From positions 10,354,001-10,418,000 of the forward strand of contig OZ365112.1 in assembly GCA_977030845.1 (NCBI GenBank): a DNA stretch of 64,000 nucleotides, read 5' to 3'. Below are positions 14,701-29,800 of the stretch, piece after piece. Source of the DNA: Fimbriosthenelais zetlandica. Taxonomy: Eukaryota. Position numbers and translations under genes: made by a program. Each line of letters opens with the position of its first letter. Positions within the stretch are counted from its first letter, which is position 1. A model generated the notes under the pieces. That model saw only the letters and a program-made list of their open reading frames with translations. It had not been told where the DNA came from and ran no database searches.

Positions 14701-17572
14701 TCCCAGATCGTAAAAGTAGCCCAGTGTTGGATTCTTTAATGTAGTGGAGGTGTTGGGGCTTCTCAATGACCTATTGCCTTTGATGGCGTACTAGGGTCAG
14801 TTGCCTTGAGTCACTACTGGAATTTTTTGATTACCTTGTCAAGGCCAGCAATGCATCATTGTTGACGCTCAAGTGATGATCTTATTGTATTCCTAACTCT
14901 TGCTTGCTCAATTTTTGTAGATATTTGAGCTATTTTCTCCTCACACTTTCCAATTTCAAAAACAGGAAAACAGAGTTAAGGAAGAAAATGATCACCTTCG
15001 AGCATGACTCTTGTTTTGATTCAACATTTATATACCAAGTTTTGATTTATACCAATTCTTGTCAGATTACCAGAAATGCTTTGAGGTCCTGGTTAATCAA
15101 TAGAAGGTCGTCGTGGGTGTGAATAATGAATATGCTGAGTGTGCGGAAAACAAAGTCTTGCTCTGATCCCCCCACACACCCACTCACTCAGTCCCCTCAC
15201 TGCTAGGGGCAATTGTTTCAATTATGGCACAGGATTCATTAGGTACCAGTGCAAAAAGGTTCACTGATTCTAGGGCGCCATGGTATACTTCCAACCATAA
15301 CAATCAATGTTAAAGAATATCGAGAGGAAATGAATGCTTAGCCAAGACTATTACAGCAATGGGGATCGTTTTGATAGTGAGCATATATATGAGGTGTAGG
15401 AGTCATTCAATACTTGGCCAGAGCAGGAACCGCAGGGGCAAAGGCTTCATGAATAGCTTACATACTGTCAGCTTGGCTTTTCATTGCTGGCATATTGCGA
15501 GCATATTGGGCCATCTAATGATGGTACTGGTGAACCTAGCTCAGCCAAATACAAGCCATTACCTGAAAGGGTCATTTAGGGCAGCTGCATATATATCTGA
15601 AGGCTGTAGTATATCAAGCAAAGTTTTACATCACTGGTGATGGAAAGTCGATTTCTGCTGGAGAGCTTTTAGTGGAGATTTGGATGGTGTTCTATAGAAG
15701 CTTAATACCTTTCTCAGTGCTTATTCATTATCAGAGATCCCAGCTCAATACCAGACAATGCAGACTCTTATTTCTTCCCAAAATTGATCAGGTACTATGG
15801 GATTTAGTGCGGTGTGAAAGCGTGCACTACAGGATTTTTTGCATGGGTATAGTGCACGGAAAAGGGTTTGGAGTGTATGAATGAAGTTAACATCTTTCCC
15901 ATCAGATCCTTGTGTTATGACAATGACATAAGTCCAAAAGTTCTAAGTTGAAGGTCGGTTGGTTCTGTGATACTAACACCTACGTACTGTTACATACAAA
16001 AACTCAGGTATTGCGACCTTTAAAGATGACCTTTTGGGTAAAGTTCTTAGAGCGGAGTAAGCCAAGCAACTCTGGTCTGGCCATCTCCCTTGATATCCAG
16101 GGTAATATTAACCTGGATAGACTATATAGTGACATTTAAAGGTGGGCAGAACTCTATATATTATATCCAATGTGGCTTGGGAACAGGTGGCTGGGGCTGG
16201 AAAGGCAGTCTGAATGTCTTACAAGTACAGAGTTGAATGACAAATGGCAGGCAGTTTTACCTTAGATGACTCTTAAACTCTTAGAACTCCGAGGACTGGC
16301 TTTTAGCACAATGACAGACATTAGAAGTAAATCTCTTAGTCTCATAGGATTTATGGTTGCTTTTCCATTAATGGTCCCATTACTTTATTCTTATACAATT
16401 CACAGAAGTGGGAAAACCGAGCCAATCTGTAGTTAACATTTAGGACTGCATGGATCATCAGAATCAGTTAGGTTAGGCTTGTATCTCATCTAAGGAAAGA
16501 TGTAGAGAACCATGATGAGCAGAGACCTTTGGCATTTTTAGGGGAAGATGGGCTTGAGACAAGCATATAGCTGCATAGACTAGCCAACATCCCAAAGCAT
16601 CTTTTTTCTTTCAAATGAAGAAATTTCTACAATTGAATTTGAAAGTTTACAGTTCTGAAACTGTCACAATAAGGGTAAACTCTGTCAGGGTGGTCAGTAA
16701 TTTCAATGATCCTATGGGTTGTTATTTAAATCTGTATTTAATTGACATTAAATGATAATAAAATCAAATCTCAGAGACATGGACAAGTCTGGAGTCGGTA
16801 ATCAGTGGGTGTAAATACAAGGCCTAACAGAGGTCAAGGCCTGGGATCAGAGAGGGGAGGATACCATGATCTGGCACCTTCATGTAAGGGGTCAGACCCT
16901 GCTGGCCTCAATCACACCCTCCCCTGGTAGGAGGGGAAAACGTTACACACCCAGCTCCTCCCATCTACAATGACTTGCTTTAGTCCACTCTTTGTCATTT
17001 TTTCCCCATAAGGTCAACATAATTTGACACATTACATGTGATGATTTGCCATTACATGATACCAGATTTTGTTGTTACTTTAGTTGTTTCTATGAGAAAG
17101 CTAACACTCAGTGTTCCCAGCCTTAGCTAAAACATGCAGAGTCCTGTTTAAGAAGGTGCTCACTTAGTCTTGCTCATCGACATTAGGTGGCAATGATATA
17201 AAATTCATTTCTAAAGACTCAGAAATGTAGTTGCCAACTGCCCAGTGGACAAAAAATACTCGAAAAGTTGTTGACGAGAGCAATATTTTAATGTTTGTTC
17301 CCTTGATTTGGCTCAACCTACAAGGCTAAAAGGTCTGACCATCCAATAAATAGAACACTGAGTATGGGTGAAGTCTCTTACTGGGCCTGGCTATTGGCCA
17401 TCATGGACAGAGCCCAGACTTAACCAGTCCTTGAGGTGACTCAAGTAAAGTGTCTTTCAATTTAGCCCGATCCCTTATATCGCCTCTGTGGGCAGATAGA
17501 GTGAGAGGAGAGAGAACGCATCAGGAATGTAAATAGACTGTGAATTCCGTTCCCCAAACCCAAAGGGGTTTG

Positions 17573-17688
17573 GTTGCCATGGTAGCCATTCAGCTGTAAT
17601 GGGTTGAGCGACTAACGTTGCTATGGTAACACTACAGCTGACCATGGAGTGTGTTTGGGTTGTCCCCCTGAGACTGACATCTAGCGGG
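17573..17688. promoter_or_regulatory. Composite element: two RFX X-boxes plus a CTCF-like motif
   Basis: GTTGCCATGGTAGC 17573-17586, GTTGCTATGGTAAC 17617-17630, and CCGCTAGATGTCAG on the minus strand at ~17673-17688. Confidence 0.6.
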
Positions 17689-18103
17689 GGACGGCGGGAC
17701 GAGTCTTTTCATTAAGTGGTAGTCACTCGCTCCGTTCATAGACTCCATCTTTTATGCATGAACATCCAAATTCTGACAGACGAATGTACCTCCTGAATGA
17801 TAGATTTGATTATAATATGAATCAAATATGGATTTTACCTGGATTATATAATGATATATAAACCAGTTTCTCAGTTTCCCGTGACATACTGCAAAAATGA
17901 AGAAAGTAGACTTTCACCCCAACGATATTCATTTCTTTCATGCAAAATAATTAATCTTTTTAAAGCCATACAATCATAACTAAAGTTTTCCATTCACCAC
18001 ATGACTGACAGAAATAGTGAGAAAACAATATCTAGTTACTATCTCCATTCATGACAGGTAGGCAGTGGCTAGCGTGGATGGTGGAAGGGGCTGGCGGCGA
18101 GGT

Positions 18104-18125
18104 GGGGGGGGGGGGGGGGGGGGGG
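18104..18125. repeat. Poly-G run (22 nt)
   Basis: Directly visible. A similar G4-C-G14 run lies at 24657-24675. Confidence 0.95.
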
Positions 18126-19283
18126 TAGGTAGGTAAAGGCAATATGATCTTTTCTTCACCATGGTAACAGAGTGATGGAGGAAGACTCCCTGTCCTACCT
18201 CATTGGCAAGGAACTTTAGAGCAGTGGACGTGATTAGCTTCAGAATAAGGTTCATAAAAAATAAGTCTAACCATCCTCAATACTGTGGGTTGAATCCACA
18301 ATGATCCCGTGATTTCATCGGGATTATATGCACTCTGTACTACCAATACCAATACCAGTACCAGTTTGAAGTACGAGAGGTCATTTAGAAACTTTATAAA
18401 ATTTAATAATTGATTTTAATGTCAGGGTTATAATAATAATGTGATCTTAGTAATCTTGATATATATATTCAAATAAGAAACAGCAAAAAGAGCCATCACC
18501 ATTTCATTTGATAAGTCATTCTGTGTAGATACCATGAAAATTCTTCAATATGCTCCAAAATCCAAAAACAAGACCACCAGGTGAAAAATCTGAGCCAATT
18601 TATCACAAGCTTGGAGGAAGGATAGGTGTAAGCTGGAGCCACCCACTGACTGCGTCTTTATTGAGCACCATTAGGTTAACGACGGTGCTAAAAGGCTTAT
18701 ACCAGTCCATGTACCCACCCACACTGACTCAACACTGTCTTAGTGTCCATGTCCTGCCTCAATCCCCTATACCCTGTGTCAACCTGCCTTCAATAAATTA
18801 CATCAAAGTCTATATACAGAGTTGGATTTTAAACATACGTGGCACAGAGTATACTCACACCTCCTATGGTTTCAACAAGGTTGAACCCTTTCCCTCTCCT
18901 GGGTGGACGCAGGAGGTGGAAAACACCTTCTCCAGGTGTGTCTGTTTACCTGGGCGGATGTTAACTGGGGAATATGTGTGGTATGTACCTGTAAGTCTCC
19001 ACCCAGGGGATGGATCTACCTGGCAAGTGGCCCTATGGACCTTATACACTGAATATTACAAGTGACAGTTAAAATACTAAAAAAAAAAACCTGGAAAAAA
19101 TATGATATTTAATTTTAATCATGAGTTTCCCAAAGGTTTTCCAATCAATATAGTCCTAGGAATAAGGTCTAGGAATGCTAGTATATTCAAAGGCCAAAGA
19201 TCTAAAAACCTTTGTGAGAGGTATTCCATATGCCCCTAGCTCCTCTTCCCACTTCCCTTGCCACAGATCTGGGAACATTGTGG

Positions 19284-19329
19284 GAGCAAGAGAACAGGGG
19301 GACACAGCGAGCAAGAGAACAGGGGGACA
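19284..19329. repeat. Two-copy tandem repeat gagcaagagaacagggggaca, period 25
   Basis: Copies start at 19284 and 19309. Confidence 0.9.
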
Positions 19330-22093
19330 GATAGAGGAAGATCCTTCAAGTGTCTAACTGAGACCACTAAGACCCATTACATTAATATTTACAGTTTTAA
19401 GGCCTACAAAAATGGCTTCAATTCAGGTGTTTGGATGGAGTGTATTTCACTCAGTATAAAGTGACTCTGATATCGGGAATGGGGAAGGTAAGCGCTAGGT
19501 GGCAGCACGTACATAGCAGCTCAGTTTCCTACCTCATCCAGGGTTTGTGTGTTTAGGGTGGTCTAGTGGGATCACAAGCACTCTCTCATGTAAAAAGACG
19601 GGTTTCCTCAGGTACTTATCCCCACCCACGCCTAGCCAGGTCTCTATATCCCTGGGGAAAAGACTTGAGGAGAGTACACAAACCTATTACATGGGTATTG
19701 TATTGCATATTCCATGAGAGGAGTGGGATAGTCTGTAAGTATTGGACATGTTCAATACTGTTTAAAAGGAAAGTTATTTCAATAGGAAACGTGCGGTGTA
19801 TTATAAATAGTCAATAATAGGGACATAAAATGCATACAGTGATCTTGCATAATATGATCAGAGAGGACTTAGTAGCCTATATAGTAGCTTGATAGAATGT
19901 ACTATACTATAGCCAACCATATGCTGATACATGCTGACGTTGGCTAATTGATTTAATGACTGCCATGTTTAATTAGCTGAGGTAAGTGTTACATGGAATA
20001 AGAAAAGTTTAGTATGTAACAGCAAGTCAGTAACAGTACCTCAGGGGGCAGGTCTGGGACAGAAGCTAGAGATAGACACATGCGATGGCACGTTTTAGAG
20101 CCATACTATCCAGCCTTCAAAGGGGTATCAGTCACATAGTTGAAAAGTAAAAAAAGTTACGTTTGAGACCTTCAATTAAATACAATGAGGGTGAGACCGG
20201 AAATACAAGCTGCCAATTCGATTGAATTGTTGGAGGACAAAGTTCAGGACAATGGATAAATAGAATAAAGGAATTAATTACAGTTCCTTGGCAATAAAAT
20301 TAAATTTAAATTTCATTATTAAATTTTACTGACGATTTAGTGGAATCTCTTCCTACTTCAAGACAGGTTAGATTATTGCAAGTTGAATGGAACATAAGAG
20401 AGGTCTGTTGTAAGGATTATGCCTAGCTTGCAGGTAGTTGTAGCAGACCCTTTATAAACATTGCTGTCCAGGGACAGGCAGGTGTACCATGCAGCATGTA
20501 GGCAGGGTGTCAATATCCCTGTATATATAGATCTACTAGCTCTATCACTGCACCACAAATAGTACAAGGGATCTACTCCTGCAAAAGATGGCACAGCAAG
20601 GATAATGTTATCTCAAATGTTGGGAGGGAAGAAGGAGAGAAGTTAAGGGGGGATGGATTGCCAAGGGAAAAGGAATGTGAGAGAAAGAGAATGAGGAAAA
20701 GGGAAGGAATTAGACAGAACATTAGACAGAAACAGAGAGACCCAGAGGCAGATAGACACTGGCCGTTCACAAAGGTGAACTTGGTTGAAAAGTTCTGTGA
20801 AATCTGACAAATGGCCTGAGGGTAGAGACGTGATTATTCACCGTTACTTGGCAACACTTGGTTTGTATGTGTGTTGTTGAGTGTTTGTCAGTGTCCTATT
20901 CACCAGCCCTGATGCTGGATAGACGAGCTTAAATCTCTCCCACTTACACGCTAAACATCTCTTTTACATTTTAAATCAAATCTAGTCTAAATTACAGTGA
21001 TTATTGTAGAATTATGTGACATAATAGCCAAATTCCAATCTAGAGCTTCAAATTAATTCCCATATAGTATCCAAGATGGACATCAATATAGAAAAAGAAA
21101 CCCAATATATTTTGGAGTCAAATTTTGGGGGAATTTCAGAAATGTCCCTTTTGGCAGAGGGCCTTGAAACTTGCGAAAATATATTACATGCCGTTCTGTA
21201 GCAAAATCATTTTGAACTTGTACAGAATTTTCCTGCTGGTTTTACTTGATATTAATTATCATGTTGGCTAGGTGACAACAGGGAAATAGTTCCTAAGTAG
21301 AGAAGGCTAGCTGGGGTCATACCCTTAAAATAACGATATCACAGCTCAACAAGTGTGAACAAACCCCTGGTTAAACACCCATAGATATGTTTACACGGTC
21401 AGGGTGGAGTAAAAAGGGACCGTGTTACAAACGAGTGGGTAACTGATAGCATTGATGCGTGTGTGGGTAATGCTTACCTGGATCTTTAACTACATTTATA
21501 CACATAAACATATACACATGTCTCTCTCCCGGGTGGCCAGTTACAGCCACGCTCTGGATCCTCAAGATCCACCCCTGCCCCCGAACCTCTGACCCCCACC
21601 CCCCACTCCACCCCCAACAAACACACACCAACATCTAACTTCCCAGCACTGTACCTCAGTATGTCTTAAAGCCCCTTAATGTATGGACAACTATTGACAT
21701 CTTTCTTGGATCTAACATACATTCTTCCTTTCTTCTCTACACAAGTGAAAGGAATTATTCCATACAGAAAGATCAAATATCTATAACAGTGCCTTCTCCC
21801 GTCCATTGATCATGTGTAAGTACATGGATATTTTCCCATTCTCATTTCAAAATTTCCTATATTTGAAAGTAATTTCATCACAGCATAATTAGACTGCATT
21901 GTATGGCAGATAATCTGGTGGATAGGTTTCAGTTTATGTTCAGACATATATTATTATTGGAGCAATAGATCCATTACAATTTGGCAGAAGGACATTCGGG
22001 GATATAGGAACACCCTATTGGAGGATTCCCACTTAGCAATCTTCTGTATTGGAGCCGTGGTTATGAATTATTTATGGGAGTTATTATGTTGTT

Positions 22094-22197
22094 ATGGCTG
22101 TCTTCTGGTTTCTTCTCCTGGACCACACAACAGGTGTGGAAGGTGAGAAGGAGGAGGAGAAGAAGAAAGAGAAGATGTTGTGGCCACAGATTGCCAG
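22094..22197 (+). CDS. Candidate first exon MAVFWFLLLDHTTGVEGEKEEEKKKEKMLWPQIA-R ending in phase 2 (or internal exon 22134-22197)
   Basis: Open frame with a short hydrophobic start and an E/K-rich segment. Donor CAG|gtagag is only moderate. Confidence 0.3.
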
Positions 22198-25100
22198 GTA
22201 GAGAGAGCACATGTTGAGGTCTGTCATGTAATCGCATGTCATGATTGAGCTGATGACATGATTACTGTGAATTGCATGCCATGCTTCATCCTCGTTGATT
22301 ACTCCTGGCCAATATTTGTCATAATTACCTTATAAATGCCGCTCACCAATTCTAATTTTTCAGCAATGTCCCCTAAGGTTTTTTTCTAAAATAAAATCAA
22401 GCCTAAAGTATGATATAAATTGTATTTAACATTGCATACTATGTAACCGACCTTTAATTTAAATAGTCAATGATTCACTGAAGAATGTAATCAAAATAAC
22501 ATAGAGCTTTAATTGGACTCAAAAGTATAGACTTTTATAGACTGAATCATTCAATGCAAATCTTGGAAAATGGATTCAATACAAATCATTAGTCTCTCTG
22601 ATCAATTACTTCCCAGCAAGTCAAGGCAGATTGCACTGAACAAACAAGGAAACCATGGCCAATTAACGGCCAAAGCAATTAACCAGGGCTGTATGGGGCT
22701 ATAGGCCCTGTACAAATAGTGCCATATACATAGGCAATACACCATTACACCCAGTGAGTCGGTTCCCCATTTGTAGTTATTTCTTTGCCCATTGTCTCTA
22801 TCCATACAAGGTAAAAGGCCTCAAGTGTTAGGTTTCCCTTGCTCCCTATGGTTTGCATATAACGGGTGTTGACCTTGGCATTGGCTCATACCCTAGGTCC
22901 ACATAATAGTGTTCCTAAAGCTCAGTCGAATGTTGCTGAGGCCAGACGGTGTAGCCAGTGTAAAAGCTGTCTGATCCTTTGGTTTTGAAGTGACCATTCG
23001 GATCTAAAAGACATTCAGACGCTGGACCTGCCACTACATGTGGGAAAAAGCTTCCGGGTCCAAAAAAGCCAAACTGTTAAAAAGGTTTACAGCTTTAAAT
23101 GGGTTGATCCCTATATTAATCCTAATCCTTAAATTGGATATATACTCTAGAGCATCAAAGATCAAGCTTTTACTGGATTATTTCCTCAATCATCAAAGTA
23201 TATTTTTCATTACATTATACATATTATTGGATTATATTTTGTTTTATTTAGTATAAATTAATTTATTTATACATTTCAAGGTCCCACTGGAGATATATTA
23301 TTCCTTATGTACATAGTAAGCTTTTGATGGGGCTTGAAATTGAAGAATACACTTTTTGACTAATGGTTTTAGCTTCACTGCAGAACATGGCATTGAAAAG
23401 CACTTGAGTCAGTGCCAAAAGGTGTCGGAGGGGAACAGTTGGTGCCGTGAACGCATGAGAGGAGGCATGGGACCTGGGTCTTATTAAAGTTAGTTTTATT
23501 AAAGTGGTGATATATAGGGTCTCTGGTTAACGTCTGGGGATTAGAGCAGTAAATAGTGGTTTGTGTACATTTAATGAGTTGGGCGTGTTCTGTTATAGAA
23601 AGAAATTTGTTCAATTTAGACTAAGAAATTTGCTACATTTTCCAGCAATTATGTAAAATCAGGAAATTTTAAATCCTTTAAACCCGGACGAAGTAAGAAT
23701 CGAGGTGAAGAAATAATTGTCCATATAATGTAGAAACCATGGAATATTATATAGTAAACTTCATATGTGATTCTTTTGATTTAAATGCTCTTATATGGTT
23801 ATTGAAATCTCATATTTAAAAGATGTTTCCCAGGGTAAGAGATATGAAATTGGTGGCTATTAAGTTTCATACATTGAGGTTTAAAATGGCTGAGGTACTG
23901 AGAAGTGGAGCAGAGATATGGGAATAGTGGATACTGTTATACGATACAACATACACAGATTCAGTCATTCATGGGTCGGGGGATTGAATATAGGCACATC
24001 CCACAGGAAGGTATGGATGGCCACACAATATATTCCTGAATAAATGTTTAGAATTGCCAAGGCCACAAATGATCAATGCACGAGATCACAGATGCTTACC
24101 TCTAGCCAAGTCCAAATGTTATTTATGTGATACTAACAAAATACCTCTCAGTATGCGCTATATCTATTAATGGCCCATAGTTGGCAATGTTTGTATGAAT
24201 CAAAACATGGCAATTTTACCGATCAGAGCCACATAATGGTAATAGGAGAGCCATTTATAGAAAATAGATGCAGGAGGTAAAATTAACCACAACACTAGCA
24301 CTCCTGCAGCTATAAATGCATTCACTTTAAGCGAACTGTTGGTTTTATGAGCATAATTGAATTTATGAGTGCACAAAAAAGCAGCTGTTTTGGGGGCATA
24401 ATACAGGTCTGTAGGAGTTACATTATAGTCTCTCAGCAGCCGGTTTTCTCACCATAAATCATATACATTACATACCGTATTTATCCTATCTACAGCTTTA
24501 GATCTCATTTAATCAATTGATATCCATAATCAGTATGGGTGTTATATTCCTTGCGACACAAGTGCAACAAAGGCGACGCCTTTAGGCCTTTGATACCTTT
24601 GATCACAATTTATAACTTTTGTTACGCAACATTATTGCAAAACCTGCATGACGCCAGGGGCGGGGGGGGGGGGGGCTTTTGCAGGTGAAGATGCCATCTG
24701 TACTTGCCAAGACTGCCTCGACTTTTCGGGGGGTGTCCCCTAATTAATGATCTCATTAATATGTCTACAATGTATATGAATGCTGGGTGGTAACAGGTAA
24801 AATACGGTATACCTCTTGCTCATTACACAGCATGGCCCACGCAACACACAGCCCATTATGACCTGCCGCAAACCACATGCAAACTTGGACAATACAGGTC
24901 AATACTTTCATCAGTATCTCCAGTGAAAGCATGATTCCACAAACTGTACGCCTATTTTAACCACGGACTAACAGTTTATCATTGGACCAATGTACCGGAA
25001 CAGTCATGTATAGGCATTCAGTGGAATGGATTATTTTACATTGAATGGCGTATGGATGTGTTGCTACTTTAGAGGGAAGTTCCATTCAATATTTTGAATC

Positions 25101-26790
25101 TATCGGAAACAAGTAGGAGAATATATCTATATGGGTGGAGTAGAGGAGAAATTAACATCACAGGTCAGTGAGTGAATCAACATGTGATTGATTAACCATT
25201 TATTTATTGATTAATGATTATCGATGCAATAATTGGTATAACTTTGTATACTGACTGCACCAGTATCTAATTGACTAATAACAATGCACACTGACTTAAT
25301 GTTCAATTAGACTGCTCCAAATGCAGTATTACCAGCATAACCCCGCTGTCTCCCCATATCCTATCAATTACGTATAATTTATAAGATTTATATAATTACC
25401 TAATGAATTATTTCCCTATGTCATCTATCCCTTTGTCAAGCCAATCTTCCCTCATTCAATGTGCCACCGACCAAAGGGGGTTACTACAAACTTGTCTGCT
25501 TTCATATAGCACATTTTATACCTCTGCCCACCCTTCCCTACCTTTTGTCCACTTTTCTAAGGGATGGTATTAAGGTAGAATATTGTAATCGATTACAATG
25601 GGACAATGGAGTGGTGGAGACCTAGATGCTACTCAGGTATGAAATATCTTGTTTAAGATTGGGTTATGTGTCTGTGCCCCTCCAGCTGCCCCCTCCAGGC
25701 AAGAGAGGTCATATTTCTTTGCATTTATTTGCCTTTTATACTTTGCCACTTTTTTGTGACCCGAGGGGGTAAGGCAAGCATTATACAAGAGCACAAAAAC
25801 TCCAGATCTCTGCCCTTTTGCAAACCAGACCCAAAGTATATAATGAGTTTCATCAATATCAGAAACCTATTGTCAACCATGTCATTTTTCTTTACGAAGC
25901 ATATGACATGAATTTAATAATTTGAAGATCAAACATCTATCCCTCGGATCCTTCAGAGCAATTTGCTGACAACACAATGCTTTCAATCAAGCATTCTGAG
26001 TGCATTCTGTTAAGAAAAGCTCTTTCTTGAAAGATTACACTATTGAAGGTACCATTATTTTCCCACCAACTTCAACTTTTTATGTAAAGTCATAAAACAT
26101 ACGATTTAATAACAGTAGTATGATCTTGTATTATGCATTTCCATGAGGCAGTTGACTCCTTTTCAGAATCCCTCCCTTGGCTATATTGTCAAAAAGACTC
26201 ATTTTGAATTGTCATATGTGGAGCAAGGTCCCCCCACCCCTACCCAGCCACCTCCAAACCACCTCTGAACATATCCAGTGTTGTAGCCCATTCAGCTCGT
26301 GGATCTCCAACTCTCCACAGGTAGTCGTAGTGGCTCACCACTAAACACTACACAGGTTTAGCCAAGAGATAGAGGCAAAACTCCAACAGTAAATAATATC
26401 CACAAGCTTTGTATACAAACATCAAGCAAAACACGAGCCAAAACTCACAGGAATAGATCCTTACTACCAACTCTAATAGGTCCACCAAGCTCTAGAGACA
26501 TGGATTAAACTAGAGACAGCATTTGAGGAATATCTATTAAATCATGCGAATAGGATGCTTCATGTGACTTAATATATCTAAAAGGCAAGTTTGGTGATCA
26601 TTTATATATAATTTTCATATATAAATTCCATATTTATTACTTTTTGAATGTAATTTATCACAAATTGTGTTTATCAGGGATATCATGTTCCTCCCAGTGC
26701 ATCATATTCATGTTAAGATGAGCTATATGAGACAGTCTAGATTATGCATTCACTTTTTATCATGCATCCCTGACCGCGTTTTTCCTTAAG

Positions 26791-26823
26791 AAGTGAGCGA
26801 GCATAAAAAAAGAAGCGTCAAAG
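26791..26823 (+). other. Candidate 33-nt phase 1-1 microexon (x-VSEHKKRSVK)
   Basis: Acceptor cgcgtttttccttaag, donor AAG|gtatgc. Only phase 1 is open. Confidence 0.35.
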
Positions 26824-29800
26824 GTATGCAGGGCACCACGCGTGTCACCCATCATAGATATACCCTAGAGATGTTTCTCAGTCAACTTTAAAAAAAAAAT
26901 CAAAACAAATTCAATCAGTATTTTTCAGGGGTTCAATAAATAACTCTTTGAAAAATAAAAATTGGGAACTTGATCTTCTTATTCATTTGGGAATAGGGTC
27001 GAAAATGATGAAAAAATCCTGAAATTTAAGAAAACTTGATACCCCAGGCCTTCAACATTGCCATTCATCAGGCTGTAAAATTATACTCATTCATGAGCGG
27101 CACAGGGAAATTACCGAGATGGGGTCTGGGTTAGAGACTATCATTTTAATGTGATTAGTTTATTACGATCCCTCTTCTCTAGGTGAACTTTTCTGACTAT
27201 ATCAAATGCTTTGAGACGTGCCCAGACCTGTCAACTGAATCTGACAAAGTACCTTCACGTGTCATAAAGTTAAACAAACTTTCCCAGCCACAATAAAGTC
27301 AGACTTTATTTAAAAAATACATAATCATAAATGTGAATATTGGTGATGAATGGTCTTTTAAAATGTTGTTATGAACTAATTGATTTCTTCTCGAGGGGAA
27401 GAAGTAGGTAGGTTTTTTTTCTGTTAACTGAGGTTGAACAATGGTTGGTAGTAGGTAGGAGGTAAGGCTGGGGATGTCACTTGTATAGTGAGATTTAAGC
27501 AGCCACGGGTGGCTGGGTTAGATAATGCTACATACCTTAAGGTGACATCCCTATACCAACTTACCAGCCATCGCACGTGCCCTCCTACAATGCACACACC
27601 TAACGTATCTAGGTGGCTATACAAGGCCAGCCATTCCACTACTAACTCATTCAAGGCACATACTAGAATTGTCTTTTTTCGTTTAATATTATCTATAAAC
27701 TTTCTCCTTACAAAAGAGAGTTTGATCTGAGATTTGTTGGAAATGGAATCAGAAACTCTTCTAAAGTTTATAGTGGGACTGAGGTTTATGTCCTTCCAAA
27801 GCCCTGGGACTATTCAATTTGAAATGGACTTTGAATTGCTTAAGGACCTTATTTGGATGGTGAAGGGCGTTCATGAAGGACAAAGTTACATAATTCACAA
27901 GATTGAAATCACTTAATTATTGAAACTTAAGGCATATTTTTACACCTTAAATGTTAAATTGGGGTCAATGGGGTTGTTCCAATGGGAGGAAAAGAATAAT
28001 GGGAACATGGAAGGGAGAGACAGGATGAATGCAATCCCTTAGGCTTATTATACATTATAAATTGACTCTAAATCAATAGAGGCAACCATAGAACGTTGAG
28101 ATTATAATTAGAACGACCCCAAGGTATAGCTGTTTTGGTTGCTGGAAAACCCTTGCTGCAGCAACCCCTACAGACTGAATAGTGTTACCAAAGCAACAAC
28201 TGGTAACCGCAGTTTCCAGAAGGTGGCAACACACATGTCTCCACTGTCCATCAGTGCTGTATCAATACAAACTGCCGGACCAAACTAAGGACAATGCCTT
28301 ATACTTATAGGTAACTTACTTGATATATGACCGTTTCCACTACTTATTAAAGCTTATGACAACTTCAGAGGAAAGACACTTACCCAAACGTCCTAATTAG
28401 TGAAGTTATAATTGCCTAGGCTCACCTGGAAAATTAAAGAAGGGGAACATTACAATTATATTTGTGTGAGAAATGAAAGTTAAGTACAGAGGGTTATTTT
28501 ATCCTAGAGAGATCATAGAAATGACAGATGGTATGAATACAATAAAGACATCTATACACAACCACTGCGAATTGAAGTTAGAACCATCTGAACTGTGGCC
28601 AAACGAGAACAAAGGCCAATTTAAAAATATATTTTCATTGTTTTTATACTAAAAAGATCACTCATGTGGTCCCATCTCATTGTTCTAAAGGTATTCCCAG
28701 TCCAGAATAATCATACAAGACTGGGAATATCCATGAAAGTGGCAACCTTTATTAGTTTCAATAACAAAGCATTTATTTTTTGCACTCTACCAATGAATCT
28801 TCAATGTCAACTTTTCAAATATTTCGAGGATATCGTCAGCATCAGCTGATGTCATACCCCAGAAACCTGCACATTTTCTTAAGCAACACTATGGAAAAGA
28901 AAAATCTTAATTACTATTTTCTTTGTAGCTTTTTTCCTTTCATGTCTTTCTCTTATTACATTTCAAATCCTTGAGACATGTGTGTCAGGTAATATATTCA
29001 TTCATTCACTTTTGCCGACAAATTATTCATTTTTTGCTCACCGTTACAAAGTACTTAGGAGGCAAAGTAATTAGACATTTGGTGTGTACCTTAAGCCCAT
29101 CCCTATCATGGTCTGGTTGAGATCTATGTAGAGACAATTATCTGTAGATGAGCGGTAAAATAGAGAGAATACCATCATTCATATCATCAGTCATCCTCCA
29201 TTCTCTTACAAACTGTGAAAGGATTACAGTCACCGCATACAATTGCCCCCGTCTCATTAAATGCTGAGGTCATAGACCTGTATACATATAATTTATACTT
29301 TTTGGATTAATTACAGATTATTTCTTGTGTCTTCACGGGTCACTTGATGGATGAATGACACACTAGAGGTGGCCTCTAAACCAGTTATGTCATCTATTGA
29401 CGTCAGTCAGTGTCTGGGATAAGGGTATAAATATCCCTTACAGAATGTACTGATTTATATCAAAGTAATAGCACAAAATACAATGACACAAGACATTGTT
29501 TCACATTGACAGTATTTCAATTGCGTCTGGGGGTTGATTCAGTATAAAGATGTGTATTGTTGGGATATATACACACCATTGACTTATGTAATACATCTTT
29601 GTTTTGGAATGGAACAGGAGTTTCAAATTCACATAGAAAATAGAGCGGTTCGCACTATTTTTATGGGATGAGGAAAGGCTTAGAACAACACCAGTTGTAA
29701 GTCTGTCAATTCAACTTAAAGTTAGTGTATTGTTATTGATGTCTCAAGCCCTTTAAATAGCCCTATACTGAGGACATTTACCTCGGGGGCTTACAATACC

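Noticed and set aside
16853-16871. AGGGGAGGATACCATGATC resembling the 5' part of U1 snRNA
   Set aside because: Only ~19 nt match with an insertion. The ATACTTACCTG 5' end, later stems and Sm site are absent.
18550-19065. 171-aa + strand ORF
   Set aside because: No recognisable domain or compositional signal and no convincing exon boundaries. Cannot be separated from chance.
19977-19981. 5-nt microexon CTGAG between ttag and gtaagt
   Set aside because: It is not frame-preserving, the pyrimidine tract is poor, and GTAAGT occurs by chance many times in 64 kb.
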